The notes beneath the pieces were generated by a model. It had not been told where the DNA came from. It searched no databases and saw only the letters and a list, made by a program, of their open reading frames with translations. Below, piece after piece: positions 21,553 to 29,621 of a stretch of 64,000 nt of DNA. This stretch comes from an uncultured Candidatus Rokubacteria bacterium (GTDB taxonomy: Bacteria > Methylomirabilota > Methylomirabilia > Rokubacteriales > CSP1-6). The stretch is from the NCBI GenBank assembly GCA_963827505.1, contig CAWHBD010000001.1, positions 1,286,663 to 1,350,662 on the forward strand, written 5' to 3'. The translations under genes and the position numbers were made by a program. The stretch's first letter is position 1. Every line of letters starts with the position of its first letter.

Positions 21553-21732
21553 ATGCGTTGGCGCCGTCTTCTGGTGCTCATGTGGCTGCTGGTCAGGATC
21601 GATGACGACTGGGATCTGACCATCATCGGCGGCTACGACACCGAGCAGAGATGCCGCGTCGCGCAGGAGCGCAGTCTCTGGGGTTCGCGGGTGTTCTGCG
21701 CCCCCGCCAAGACACGAACCATCCTGCTGTAG
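21553..21732 (+). CDS. Possible small secreted/membrane protein (59 aa), speculative
   Basis: The sequence MRWRRLLVLMWLLVRIDDDWDLTIIGGYDTEQRCRVAQERSLWGSRVFCAPAKTRTILL has a hydrophobic N-terminus and two Cys. It lies in a 600-bp gene-poor spacer. No RBS is obvious. Confidence 0.25.
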   Translation: MRWRRLLVLMWLLVRIDDDWDLTIIGGYDTEQRCRVAQERSLWGSRVFCAPAKTRTILL

Positions 21733-21841
21733 AGGCAGGGCTCGGGCGCCTCCGCCCTTCCGCACGGCGTCCATCCGGATGGCGGCCGTGGCCGATCCTG
21801 AGATACTCGCGCCGCCGTCGGAAGCGAGCTATCGTTGACGC

Positions 21842-23101
21842 ATGTCGCGCCTCAGCACCAGAAAACGAGCGCGCCTCCCGGACAGGGCGTTCGCGTATGT
21901 CGACTCTCGCGGCCGGCGTCGGCTGCCCGTCCACGACAAGGCGCACGTGAAGAATGCGCTCGCCCGGTTCAGTCGGGTCATCTTCGAGACCGATGCCGCT
22001 CGGGAGCGGGCGCGCCGCCGGCTGCTCAATGCGGCGAAGAAATTCCGCATCGTGCCCGTCGGGTTCATCACCGGCCAGCTGCAATCGGAAGAGCGGCACG
22101 CGACGACCGGTCGCCTCGTCATCGAGCTGGGACGGAACCCCGCCCCGGGCGAGCTCGAACGGCGACTGCGAACCGTCCTGCGTGATCCGACGCTCGCCGT
22201 TCTGCACTGGTCCGACGCGGCGGGGGCGTATGTGGACGGCACTGGCAAGCCGGTCCCGCTGCCGGCGGACGGAGACCAGCGTGGCGTGACGTATCTCGAG
22301 CGCCAGGGGCGGCCGATGACAGCGCTGGTGCATAGCCCGAAGGTCCTCGACGATGCGGATCTCTCGGAGACCGTGCTGGCGGCCGTGCGCTTCGTCATCG
22401 AGAAGGAGCGTCTGCACGGCCAGATCCAGGCCACGTCGACCGATGCCGCGGCCCTGCCTCGCGGGTTCGTCACGCTTCTCATGACCGACATCGAGGCGTC
22501 CACCGGCCTGCTCCGCAGGCTCGGCGATGGCTATGGCGCGCTGCTGAACGACGTCAGGTCCACCGTCCGGAGAGCGGTGTCGCGAGGGAGCGGCCGCGAG
22601 ATCGATGCGCGAGCCGACGAGTTCTTCGCGGTCTTCGACCGCCCCGCGGCCGCTGTCGAGGCGGCGGTGGCCATCCAGCGGGCCCTCGGCAACCGCAGGT
22701 GGCCTGGCAATCTGGAGGTACGAGTGCGTGTCGGGATTCACAGCGGCCACCCGACCCTGACGGACGTCGGGTACATCGGTCTGGCCGTCCACACCACGGC
22801 CCGCCTCTGCGCGGCGGCCCATGGCGGGCAGATCGTCGTGTCCGCCGCGACCAGAACGGCGGCGGCCGAATCGACACCGACGGGCATCCGATTCCGGAGC
22901 CTCGGTCGACATCGCCTTCCCGGCCTTCCCGATGCCGAGATCCTGTTCCAGGTTCAGGCGCAGGGACTACCACTCAGCTTCCCGCCCCCGCGGATCAGCC
23001 GTCGCTCGACGTCCCGCCGGCGCCCGCGGGATCGTCAGGACGGCCGCACGGATCGAACGTCTCCGCGACGCGGCCAGCTGGAGCTGCCCGAGCCGCCGTG
23101 A
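21842..23101 (+). CDS. Class III adenylate/guanylate cyclase domain protein with two N-terminal accessory modules
   Basis: The C-terminal CHD carries FVTLLMTDIEASTGLL, ADEFFAVF, VRVGIHSG and LAVHTTARL. The N-terminal module is LPDRAFAYVDSRGRRRLPVHDKAHVKNALARF. The middle module is DPTLAVLHWSDAAGAYVD...ALVHSPKVLDD. Confidence 0.8.
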   Translation: MSRLSTRKRARLPDRAFAYVDSRGRRRLPVHDKAHVKNALARFSRVIFETDAARERARRRLLNAAKKFRIVPVGFITGQLQSEERHATTGRLVIELGRNPAPGELERRLRTVLRDPTLAVLHWSDAAGAYVDGTGKPVPLPADGDQRGVTYLERQGRPMTALVHSPKVLDDADLSETVLAAVRFVIEKERLHGQIQATSTDAAALPRGFVTLLMTDIEASTGLLRRLGDGYGALLNDVRSTVRRAVSRGSGREIDARADEFFAVFDRPAAAVEAAVAIQRALGNRRWPGNLEVRVRVGIHSGHPTLTDVGYIGLAVHTTARLCAAAHGGQIVVSAATRTAAAESTPTGIRFRSLGRHRLPGLPDAEILFQVQAQGLPLSFPPPRISRRSTSRRRPRDRQDGRTDRTSPRRGQLELPEPP

Positions 23102-23118
23102 GTGCGCGGGACCCCGCG

Positions 23119-24340
23119 CTAGCGCAGCCGCGGGCCCGGGTCCATCTTCAGGAAGACTCGGCCGCCCATCGGGTACCACTCGGGCATGATCGTGACCGCC
23201 TGGCCGACGACCTGGAGATCGCGCCAGCACTCCGCCAGGCGGCTCTCGCGCCGGTAGGATGTGCTGCCACCCTGCCGGTAGACCAGATCCATCGCCTCGC
23301 GAGCGCAGTCGGCTGCATGGACCGCGGCCAGCCGGCAGCGGGCGCGCTGCTCGAGCGTGGTGTCCTCGCCCGCCGCAATGGTGTTCCAGACCTCCGTGAT
23401 CGTCGAGGTCCGGTACGCGCGGCCGGCGTTCAGGATCGCATCGGCCCGACCGACCGCGTCCTGAACTTGGGGGTTCTCGCAGAGCCGAGCGGTCCGGCCG
23501 CGGGGCGTCTTCTCGACCGCCAAGTCGATCAATGCGTCGATGCCGGCCCGGGCGATTCCCGTGATCACTGCGCTGTGGTGGGGGCCGACCCAGGCCTGGG
23601 CTGGCAGAGCGTACGAGATTCCCGGCCAGTGGCTCCACTGGTTGTCGAGCGGGACGCCGGCGTGGACCATCGTTCGCCGCTCTGGCAGGAAGACGTCGTC
23701 GACCGTCCAGTCGAAGCTACCGGTTGCCCGGAGGCCGGACACGTCCCAGCTTCCCGCGACGGTTTGCGCTTCGGACCGGTGGAAGACGCCGCGCCAGTAG
23801 ACCGAGGTGCCATCCGGGCTGCGGCGCGGCTGGTCACCGTCGAGGATCTGGAAGCTCCCGAGCATCCAGGCGCTCTCCTGGCAGCCGGTGCCGAATGGCC
23901 AGCGACCGGTGACGCGGTAGCCACCGTCGACAGGTGTGGCCCGGCCGCCCCCCTGCACGGCGGTGCCGGCGATGGCCACGTCGCCTCCGGGCCCGAAGAT
24001 CTCCTGGATACCCTCGTCCGGCAAACCGAGCGTGACGAGCTGGGCGATATTGTTGTTGCAGAGGTTCCAGCCGACCGAGCCGGAACCCTCGGCCAGCAGC
24101 TCGACCGTCCGTAGATAGGTGAGCGGGTCGGCCTGCAGACCGCCCAGCTCACGCGGTCTCACGAGCCTGTAGAAGCCGGCCGCGTGGAACTGCTCGACCA
24201 GCGCCTTCGGCAGGCGCTGCTCGCGCTCGAGCTCGTCGTGATAGCCGCGGATGACCGACCGCAGCGCGGCCGCGGCCCGTACCGGGGGCTCGAGCTTCGA
24301 CGTCGGCCGGCAAACGCTTGTCGTCGGTGATCGGACGCAT
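23119..24340 (-). pseudogene. Acyl-CoA dehydrogenase-fold flavin-dependent monooxygenase (group D type), one frameshift as sequenced
   Basis: ATG 24340 begins MRPITDDKRLPADVEARAP. The frame then shifts at the G5 run 24284-24288 into VRAAAALRSVIRGYHDELEREQRLPKALVEQFHAAGFYRLVRPRELGG, which continues to the stop at 23119. Length is 3n+1. Confidence 0.8.
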
Positions 24341-24344
24341 TGAC

Positions 24345-24390
24345 CGGGATGTTCCGCTGGCCAAGCGGAGGTGTCAAGAGGTACTGTCGC
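24345..24390 (+). promoter_or_regulatory. Copy A of a conserved ~45-nt intergenic motif (function unknown)
   Basis: CGGGATGTTCCGCTGG-ccaagcgg-AGGTGTCaAGAGGTACTGTCGC lies 28 nt upstream of the LLM start. It is near-identical to 25661-25705. Confidence 0.4.
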
Positions 24391-24418
24391 TGATCATCAC
24401 CAACCAGGAGACCTGCTC

Positions 24419-25651
24419 ATGCCCCGTCTAAGCTTCGGCGCCTTCCTCGCCCCCCACCACCCGATCGGCGAGCATCCGATGCTGCAGTTCCGCCGCGATC
24501 TCGACCTCGTCGAGCACCTGGACAAGCTCGGCTACGACGAGTTCTGGTGCGGCGAGCATCACTCCAGCGGCTGGGAGATGATCGCCTCGCCCGAGATGTT
24601 CCTGGCCGCGGCGGGCGAGCGCACGAAGCGCATCAAGCTCGCCACCGGCGTCGTCTCGCTGCCCTATCACCATCCGTACAACGTCGCGCAGCGCATGGTG
24701 CAGCTCGACTACATGACCGGCGGACGGGCGATCTTCGGCTCCGGGCCGGGCGCGCTGGCCTCGGACGCCCACACGCTCGGGATCGATCCGATGCTGCTGC
24801 GCGACCGCCAGGACGAGGCCATCGGCGTCATCCGCCGCCTGATGCGCGGCGAGCGCGTGACCGTCAAGTCCGACTGGTTCACGCTTGCAGGACGCCGCCC
24901 TGCAGCTGCTGCCGTTGCAGGAGGAGATGCCGTTCGCGGTCGCCTCGCAGATCAGCCCGTCGGGCATGACGCTGGCCGGCAAGCACGGCATCGGCATCAT
25001 CTCGATCGGCTCGCTGTCGGAGGAAGGGCTGAACGCCCTGCCGACGCAGTGGGGCTTCGCCGAGGCCGCCGCCGCCGAAGCACGGCCAGACCGTCGATCG
25101 CAAGAACTGGCGCGTGCTGCTGAGCTGGCACATCGCCGAGACGCGCGAGAAGGCCCGCGCCGAGGCCCGCGACGGCCTGTTGCGCCACCACAACGAGTAC
25201 ATCATCGGCGACCCTGCAGCGCCCCGGCGCGCGGCCCTTCAGCGACCCCGACGAGGCCGTGGACAAGACCGCCTTCGTCCCCGGCGCCGTCGCCACGATC
25301 GGCACGCCGGACGATCTCGTGGCGCGGATCAAGTCGGTGCTCGAGATCTCCGGCGGGTTCGGCACCGTGGTCGGCTTCGTCCACGACTGGGCCAACCCGG
25401 AGAACACGATGCGCAGCTGGGACATGGTGGCGCGCTACGTGGTGCCGGAGATCAACGGCTATCTCGCCGGCCTGCGCACGTCGCGCGAGTTCGTCGCCAA
25501 CAACCGCGAGTACTTCAACCGCGCGCGCGAGGCGGTGATGGCGAAGATCACCGAGAACGAGGCCGCGGCCGAGGCGCTCAAGGTCACGAAGTCGCCGCTG
25601 CTGGCCGCCTCGGCCGGCAACGTGCCCGACTTCAATCAGGGTCGTCAATAA
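24419..25651 (+). pseudogene. LLM-class (luciferase-like) flavin-dependent monooxygenase, three frameshifts as sequenced
   Basis: Four ORF pieces tile one LLM protein. They are MPRLSFGAFLAPHH...SDWFTL, then QDAALQLLPLQEEMPFAVAS...AAAAE, then HGQTVDRKNWRVLLSWHIAETREKA...EYIIG, then TLQRPGARPFSDPDEAVDKTAFVPGAVATIGTPDDLV...NQGRQ. The junctions are at about 24884-24888, 25076-25082 and 25207-25212. The total length is a multiple of 3, consistent with three +1 events. Confidence 0.8.
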
Positions 25652-25660
25652 CCCGCGGCT

Positions 25661-25705
25661 CGGGATGTTCCGCTGGCACGCGAAGGTGTCCAGAGGTACT
25701 GTCGC
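25661..25705 (+). promoter_or_regulatory. Copy B of the conserved ~45-nt intergenic motif
   Basis: CGGGATGTTCCGCTGG-cacgcga-AGGTGTCcAGAGGTACTGTCGC lies 21 nt upstream of the Gfo/Idh/MocA start. Confidence 0.4.
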
Positions 25706-25726
25706 GAACAAAGCTTGGAGGCTCGG

Positions 25727-26827
25727 ATGACAGACAAGATCCGCGTGGGAATCGTTGGAGCGACCGTGACTCAGGGCGGCAGCGGCTGGGGGGCCAACGC
25801 CCACGTTCCCGCCCTGAAGGCACTGCCGGGCTATGAGCTGAAGGCGGTGTGCACCGCGCACGAGGACACCGCCAAGGCTTCGGCCGCGGCGTTCGGTGCC
25901 GAGCGGGGCTTTCACCGCTTCAGCGACATGGCGGCCTCTCCGGAGGTCGACCTCATCGTCGTCTGCGTGCGCGTGCCCGGCCACCGGGAACTGGTCATGG
26001 CGGGCCTGCAGGCCGGCAAGGCCGTGTGTTGCGAGTGGCCGCTGGGGGCGACTCTGGCCGAGGCGCAAGAGATGGCCGGGCTCGCCCGCCAGCGCTCGCT
26101 GAACACCATCGTCGGCCTGCAGGCGCGCAGCGATCCGGCGATCCTGTACGCGCGTGACCTCGTCCAGGGGGGCTACATCGGTGAGGTGCTCACGGCGCAC
26201 CTGCACGCCTCGGTCCCGGCCGTGCTGCAGCGGGGACCCGGCCGCATCTGGCAGGGCGTGCGCGCCAACGGCGCCAACACGATGACCATCGCCGGCGGCC
26301 ACGCCATCGACGCCATGTGCGCCGTCCTCGGCGAGTTCGCGGAGCTCGCGGCCCGGGTGTCGACCCGGATCCCGGAGTGGCGAGACATGAGCGGGAAGCC
26401 GGTTCCGGTTGACTCGCCGGACAGCATCAACGTGGTCGGCCGCCTGGCCAGCGGCGCCGAGGTGTCGGTCAACGTGGCGGCCGTCCCCTCGAATCCCAGC
26501 GGCAACCGGCTGGAGATCCATGGGCGCGAGGGCGCCCTGGTCGTCCGGACGGATGGCTCCCTCAACATCGGCCCCAGCCAGGTGCACGCCGGCAAGGGCA
26601 AGGAGCCCATGGCGCCGATGCCCGTGCCGTCCAAGTACAGGGTCGTTCCGGAGGGCACTCCGGCCGGCCAGGCCTACAACGTCGCCCAGGCCTATACGCG
26701 CGCGGCCGGCGCCCTGCGCGGCGGTGGGTCCTTCGACGTCGACTTCAACCTGGCCGTCCAGCGCCACAAGCTGATCGACGCGATCGAGCGCTCCTCCGCC
26801 ACGGGCCGGTCGGTGAAGCTGGACTAG
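25727..26827 (+). CDS. Gfo/Idh/MocA family oxidoreductase
   Basis: ATG 25727 follows GGAGG. The N-terminal Rossmann motif is IRVGIVGATV and EWPLG is present. The product is 366 aa. Confidence 0.9.
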   Translation: MTDKIRVGIVGATVTQGGSGWGANAHVPALKALPGYELKAVCTAHEDTAKASAAAFGAERGFHRFSDMAASPEVDLIVVCVRVPGHRELVMAGLQAGKAVCCEWPLGATLAEAQEMAGLARQRSLNTIVGLQARSDPAILYARDLVQGGYIGEVLTAHLHASVPAVLQRGPGRIWQGVRANGANTMTIAGGHAIDAMCAVLGEFAELAARVSTRIPEWRDMSGKPVPVDSPDSINVVGRLASGAEVSVNVAAVPSNPSGNRLEIHGREGALVVRTDGSLNIGPSQVHAGKGKEPMAPMPVPSKYRVVPEGTPAGQAYNVAQAYTRAAGALRGGGSFDVDFNLAVQRHKLIDAIERSSATGRSVKLD

Positions 26828-26828
26828 C

Positions 26829-27362
26829 TTGAACGACACCGACCTGGGGCCAGGGCGCCCGGACGCGGACGAGTGCCTGCCCTACTACTTTCAGTACATC
26901 AAGCTCGTCCCTGACGGGGACGTCGTGGGGCTCCTCGAGCGTCAGATCGCCGAGAGCGCCGCGTTCCTGGCCACCTTCACGGCGGAACAGGCGTTGTGGC
27001 GGGAAGCGCCGGGGGAGTGGAACACCGTCGAGATCGTCGGGCACCTGGCCGATACCGAGCGCGTCTTCGAATACCGCGCGCTCCGCATCGCCCGCGCCGA
27101 CCCGGTCATGTGGACCCAGGTCGAGTTCCCGGGCTACGTGGCGGCCGCCAACTTCCCGGCGCGGCCGCTCGGCGCCGTCGTGTCCGAATACGCGGCGGTA
27201 CGGGTTGCCTTCGTCGCCTTCCTCCGTGGCCTGGATGCCGAAGCCTGGGCACGGCGGGCGCCGGCGGACTGGACCATCCGCAGCGTGCGGGCCGTCGCCT
27301 ACGCCATGGCCGGTCACGAGCTCCATCACCTGGCCGACATCCGTCGGCAGCACGGCCGGTGA
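26829..27362 (+). CDS. DinB-family (DinB_2) metal-dependent protein
   Basis: The start is TTG. The His triad context is HLADTERVF...HELHHLADI. The product is 177 aa. Confidence 0.8.
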   Translation: MNDTDLGPGRPDADECLPYYFQYIKLVPDGDVVGLLERQIAESAAFLATFTAEQALWREAPGEWNTVEIVGHLADTERVFEYRALRIARADPVMWTQVEFPGYVAAANFPARPLGAVVSEYAAVRVAFVAFLRGLDAEAWARRAPADWTIRSVRAVAYAMAGHELHHLADIRRQHGR

Positions 27363-28291
27363 TGGAGGACGTCTACTGCTTCGGCGGCAACCCGCTCGAT
27401 CGGGCCAGCGAGCGCCGGGATGACGGCGCGTGGATCGCCAAGTTGCTCGGCGATCCGCAGACCCGCCTCCTGGCCCTGCGCGACCTGAAGCCGTTGACAC
27501 GCGGCACCACGGTCCCGGCGCTCGACTGGCAGCCGGTGGCGCCGTGGCGCGACCAGATCGACGCCGGCGCGCCGCTGATCTTTCTCGGCCTCGGCGACGG
27601 CCGCGCGCACTTCGCAATCGACGCGGCCGGAACCGATGTCACGCGCGATGTCGGCACCGGGTCGATCGACGTGCGCGCCCTCGCCCCCACGCTCGCCCCC
27701 GGCGAGGCGGCGATCCTCGCCGAGGCGCGCTCCCTGCTGGACTGGCACGCCCGACATCGCTTCTGCGCCCAGTGCGGATCGCCGACCCGGATGGTGTCGG
27801 CGGGCTGGAAACGTCTCTGCCCGCAGTGCCGGGCGTCACACTTTCCGCGCACCGATCCCGTCGTGATCATGCTCGCCATCCGCGGCGAGCGGGCATTGCT
27901 CGGCCGCAACCGCCGGCGCCCGGGCGCCCGGTTCTCCTGCCTCGCCGGCTTCGTCGAGCCGGGGGAAACGCCGGAGGAGGCGGTGCGCCGCGAGGTGCGC
28001 GAGGAGGCGGGCGTCCGCTGCGGGCGTGTGCGCTACCTGGCCGCGCAGCCGTGGCCGTTTCCGTCGAGCCTGATGATGGGGTTTCTCACCGAGGCGCTGA
28101 CGGAGGAGATCACGGTGGACGCCGAGGAGATCGCCGAGGCCCGCTGGTTCTCGCGCGATGAGGTCCGGGAGATGGTGGCGCGGGCCGTCACCGGCCCCGA
28201 CGATCCCACGCAGGTGTCGCTGCCCTCGCCCATCGCGATCGCGCATCACATCTGCCGGCGGTGGTCGAGCGGCCAAGACGACCTCACGTGA
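27362..28291 (+). CDS. nudC: NADH pyrophosphatase (NudC-type Nudix hydrolase)
   Basis: The zinc ribbon is CAQCGSPT...CPQC. The Nudix box is GFVEPGETPEEAVRREVREEAG, followed by the QPWPFPSS motif. The start overlaps the DinB stop (GTG 27359 is the alternative). Confidence 0.85.
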   Translation: MEDVYCFGGNPLDRASERRDDGAWIAKLLGDPQTRLLALRDLKPLTRGTTVPALDWQPVAPWRDQIDAGAPLIFLGLGDGRAHFAIDAAGTDVTRDVGTGSIDVRALAPTLAPGEAAILAEARSLLDWHARHRFCAQCGSPTRMVSAGWKRLCPQCRASHFPRTDPVVIMLAIRGERALLGRNRRRPGARFSCLAGFVEPGETPEEAVRREVREEAGVRCGRVRYLAAQPWPFPSSLMMGFLTEALTEEITVDAEEIAEARWFSRDEVREMVARAVTGPDDPTQVSLPSPIAIAHHICRRWSSGQDDLT

Positions 28292-28304
28292 GGAGGAGCA
28301 CTCG

Positions 28305-28784
28305 ATGGCGCGCCTGCTGGTGATCAATGGCCCCAACCTCAACATGCTGGGTATCCGCGAGCCGCACATCTATGGCTCGACGACGCTGGGTGCCATCGAG
28401 GCGAGCTGCCAGGAGTTCGCCGACTATCTCGGCGTCGAGCTGGCCTTCCATCAATCCAACAACGAATCGGTAATCGTCGATCTGATCCAGTCGGCGCGCG
28501 GCACCGCCGACGCGATCATCATCAACCCGGCGGCCTATTCCTTCACCTCGGTCGCCATCTACGACGCTTTGAAGATCTTCGAGGGCCCGATCGTCGAGGT
28601 GCACATCTCCAACATCCATGCCCGCGACGAGCTGCACCGCCATTCCAAGCTCTCGGCCGCCGCGACGTCGGTGATCTGCGGCATGGGGCCGTACGGCTAC
28701 ATCGTCGCCATGCAGGCGGCGGCGCGGCTGGTGGCCAAGCTTCCCGACGCCCTGCCGGCGTCGATCAGGATCGGCCCGCGGTAG
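28305..28784 (+). CDS. aroQ: Type II 3-dehydroquinate dehydratase
   Basis: GAGGAGG precedes ATG 28305. The sequence LLVINGPNLNMLGIREPHIYG...IINPAAYSFTSVAI...VEVHISNIHARE-like is diagnostic of AroQ. Confidence 0.9.
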   Translation: MARLLVINGPNLNMLGIREPHIYGSTTLGAIEASCQEFADYLGVELAFHQSNNESVIVDLIQSARGTADAIIINPAAYSFTSVAIYDALKIFEGPIVEVHISNIHARDELHRHSKLSAAATSVICGMGPYGYIVAMQAAARLVAKLPDALPASIRIGPR

Positions 28785-28814
28785 CGGCGACAGCCGCGTA
28801 CCCGGCCGGGCAGG

Positions 28815-29435
28815 TCAGCGGTGGCCTACCCAGTCCGGGAAGGTCCTCCCGTTGATCTTGTACCGAAGCGTGTAGTCCCAGGCCAGGGTCGGAACCTTCT
28901 TGTCGAAGGGCCAGGTGCCGGGCTGGTCGTCGACGTACTTGCGGTAGCTCGGAAGGTCCATCCAGCGAGTCAACCAGTAGGTCTCTTGCGGCCCGCTGCG
29001 GAAGACGACCTCGTCGGTGTACGGATTGACGAATTCGAGCTCGATGTTGGTCACGAGACCGGGAACCGGCCACCAGAGCTCACGATCCCCGAGGCCCGCG
29101 ATCTTCTCGCGGATGGGGGCGACATAATCGTCGGGGAGGTCGGGAATCAAGTCGGCGATCATGCGCCCGGGCATCCTGCCGTACACGCCGACCTCGCCGC
29201 CGATGCCGCCCGGCATGTTCTTCATGTGCAGGAACTGCTGGCACCAGCCCTTCCACAGCTGAATGATCACGGGCGTGCCGTCGATCGTGTCGTCGATGAC
29301 CGTCGTCCCATAGTCCGGCCACCAGAGCGCAGCGAAGCACGGCAAGGGGCGACAGGCTTCCCTCCACTCGAAGGACGTCTCGATGTACCGGTAACCCTTC
29401 TCATCGAAGAACTCATTGGTCGGGCTCAGCGGCAT
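28815..29435 (-). CDS. Hypothetical Trp-rich protein (206 aa), family not recognised with confidence
   Basis: ATG 29435 follows GGGAGG. It is a lone minus-strand gene between plus-strand genes. The motif IIQLWKGWCQQF...GGIGGEVGVYG recalls the LWKGxYG...GxE(I/V)GVY signature I associate with DUF4474-type proteins. This is from memory and unverified. Confidence 0.6.
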   Translation of the reverse strand: MPLSPTNEFFDEKGYRYIETSFEWREACRPLPCFAALWWPDYGTTVIDDTIDGTPVIIQLWKGWCQQFLHMKNMPGGIGGEVGVYGRMPGRMIADLIPDLPDDYVAPIREKIAGLGDRELWWPVPGLVTNIELEFVNPYTDEVVFRSGPQETYWLTRWMDLPSYRKYVDDQPGTWPFDKKVPTLAWDYTLRYKINGRTFPDWVGHR

Positions 29436-29621
29436 GGCGGTTCCCTCCCCCCGGCAGGCCGTGGCCACTGGAGGCCCCGACCCGCGGATCAGATCGACCC
29501 GAATAGTCGCAAACCCAGCGCAGCCAGGTCAACCACGCCGTGCGGCGGGTCGTCCACGACGCCTGGGTCGGACCGATCTCCTGAACGGCCCTGCGACCGG
29601 TTACACTACGGACCGAGCCCG

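Noticed and set aside
24345-25705. Interpretation of the repeated motif as a sigma-54 promoter (copy B contains CTGGCACG).
   Set aside because: Copy A reads CTGGCCAA instead of TGGCAC. Neither copy has a TTGC-like -12 element at the right spacing (GGTG instead). The sigma-54 call is not supported, so the motif is kept as unknown.
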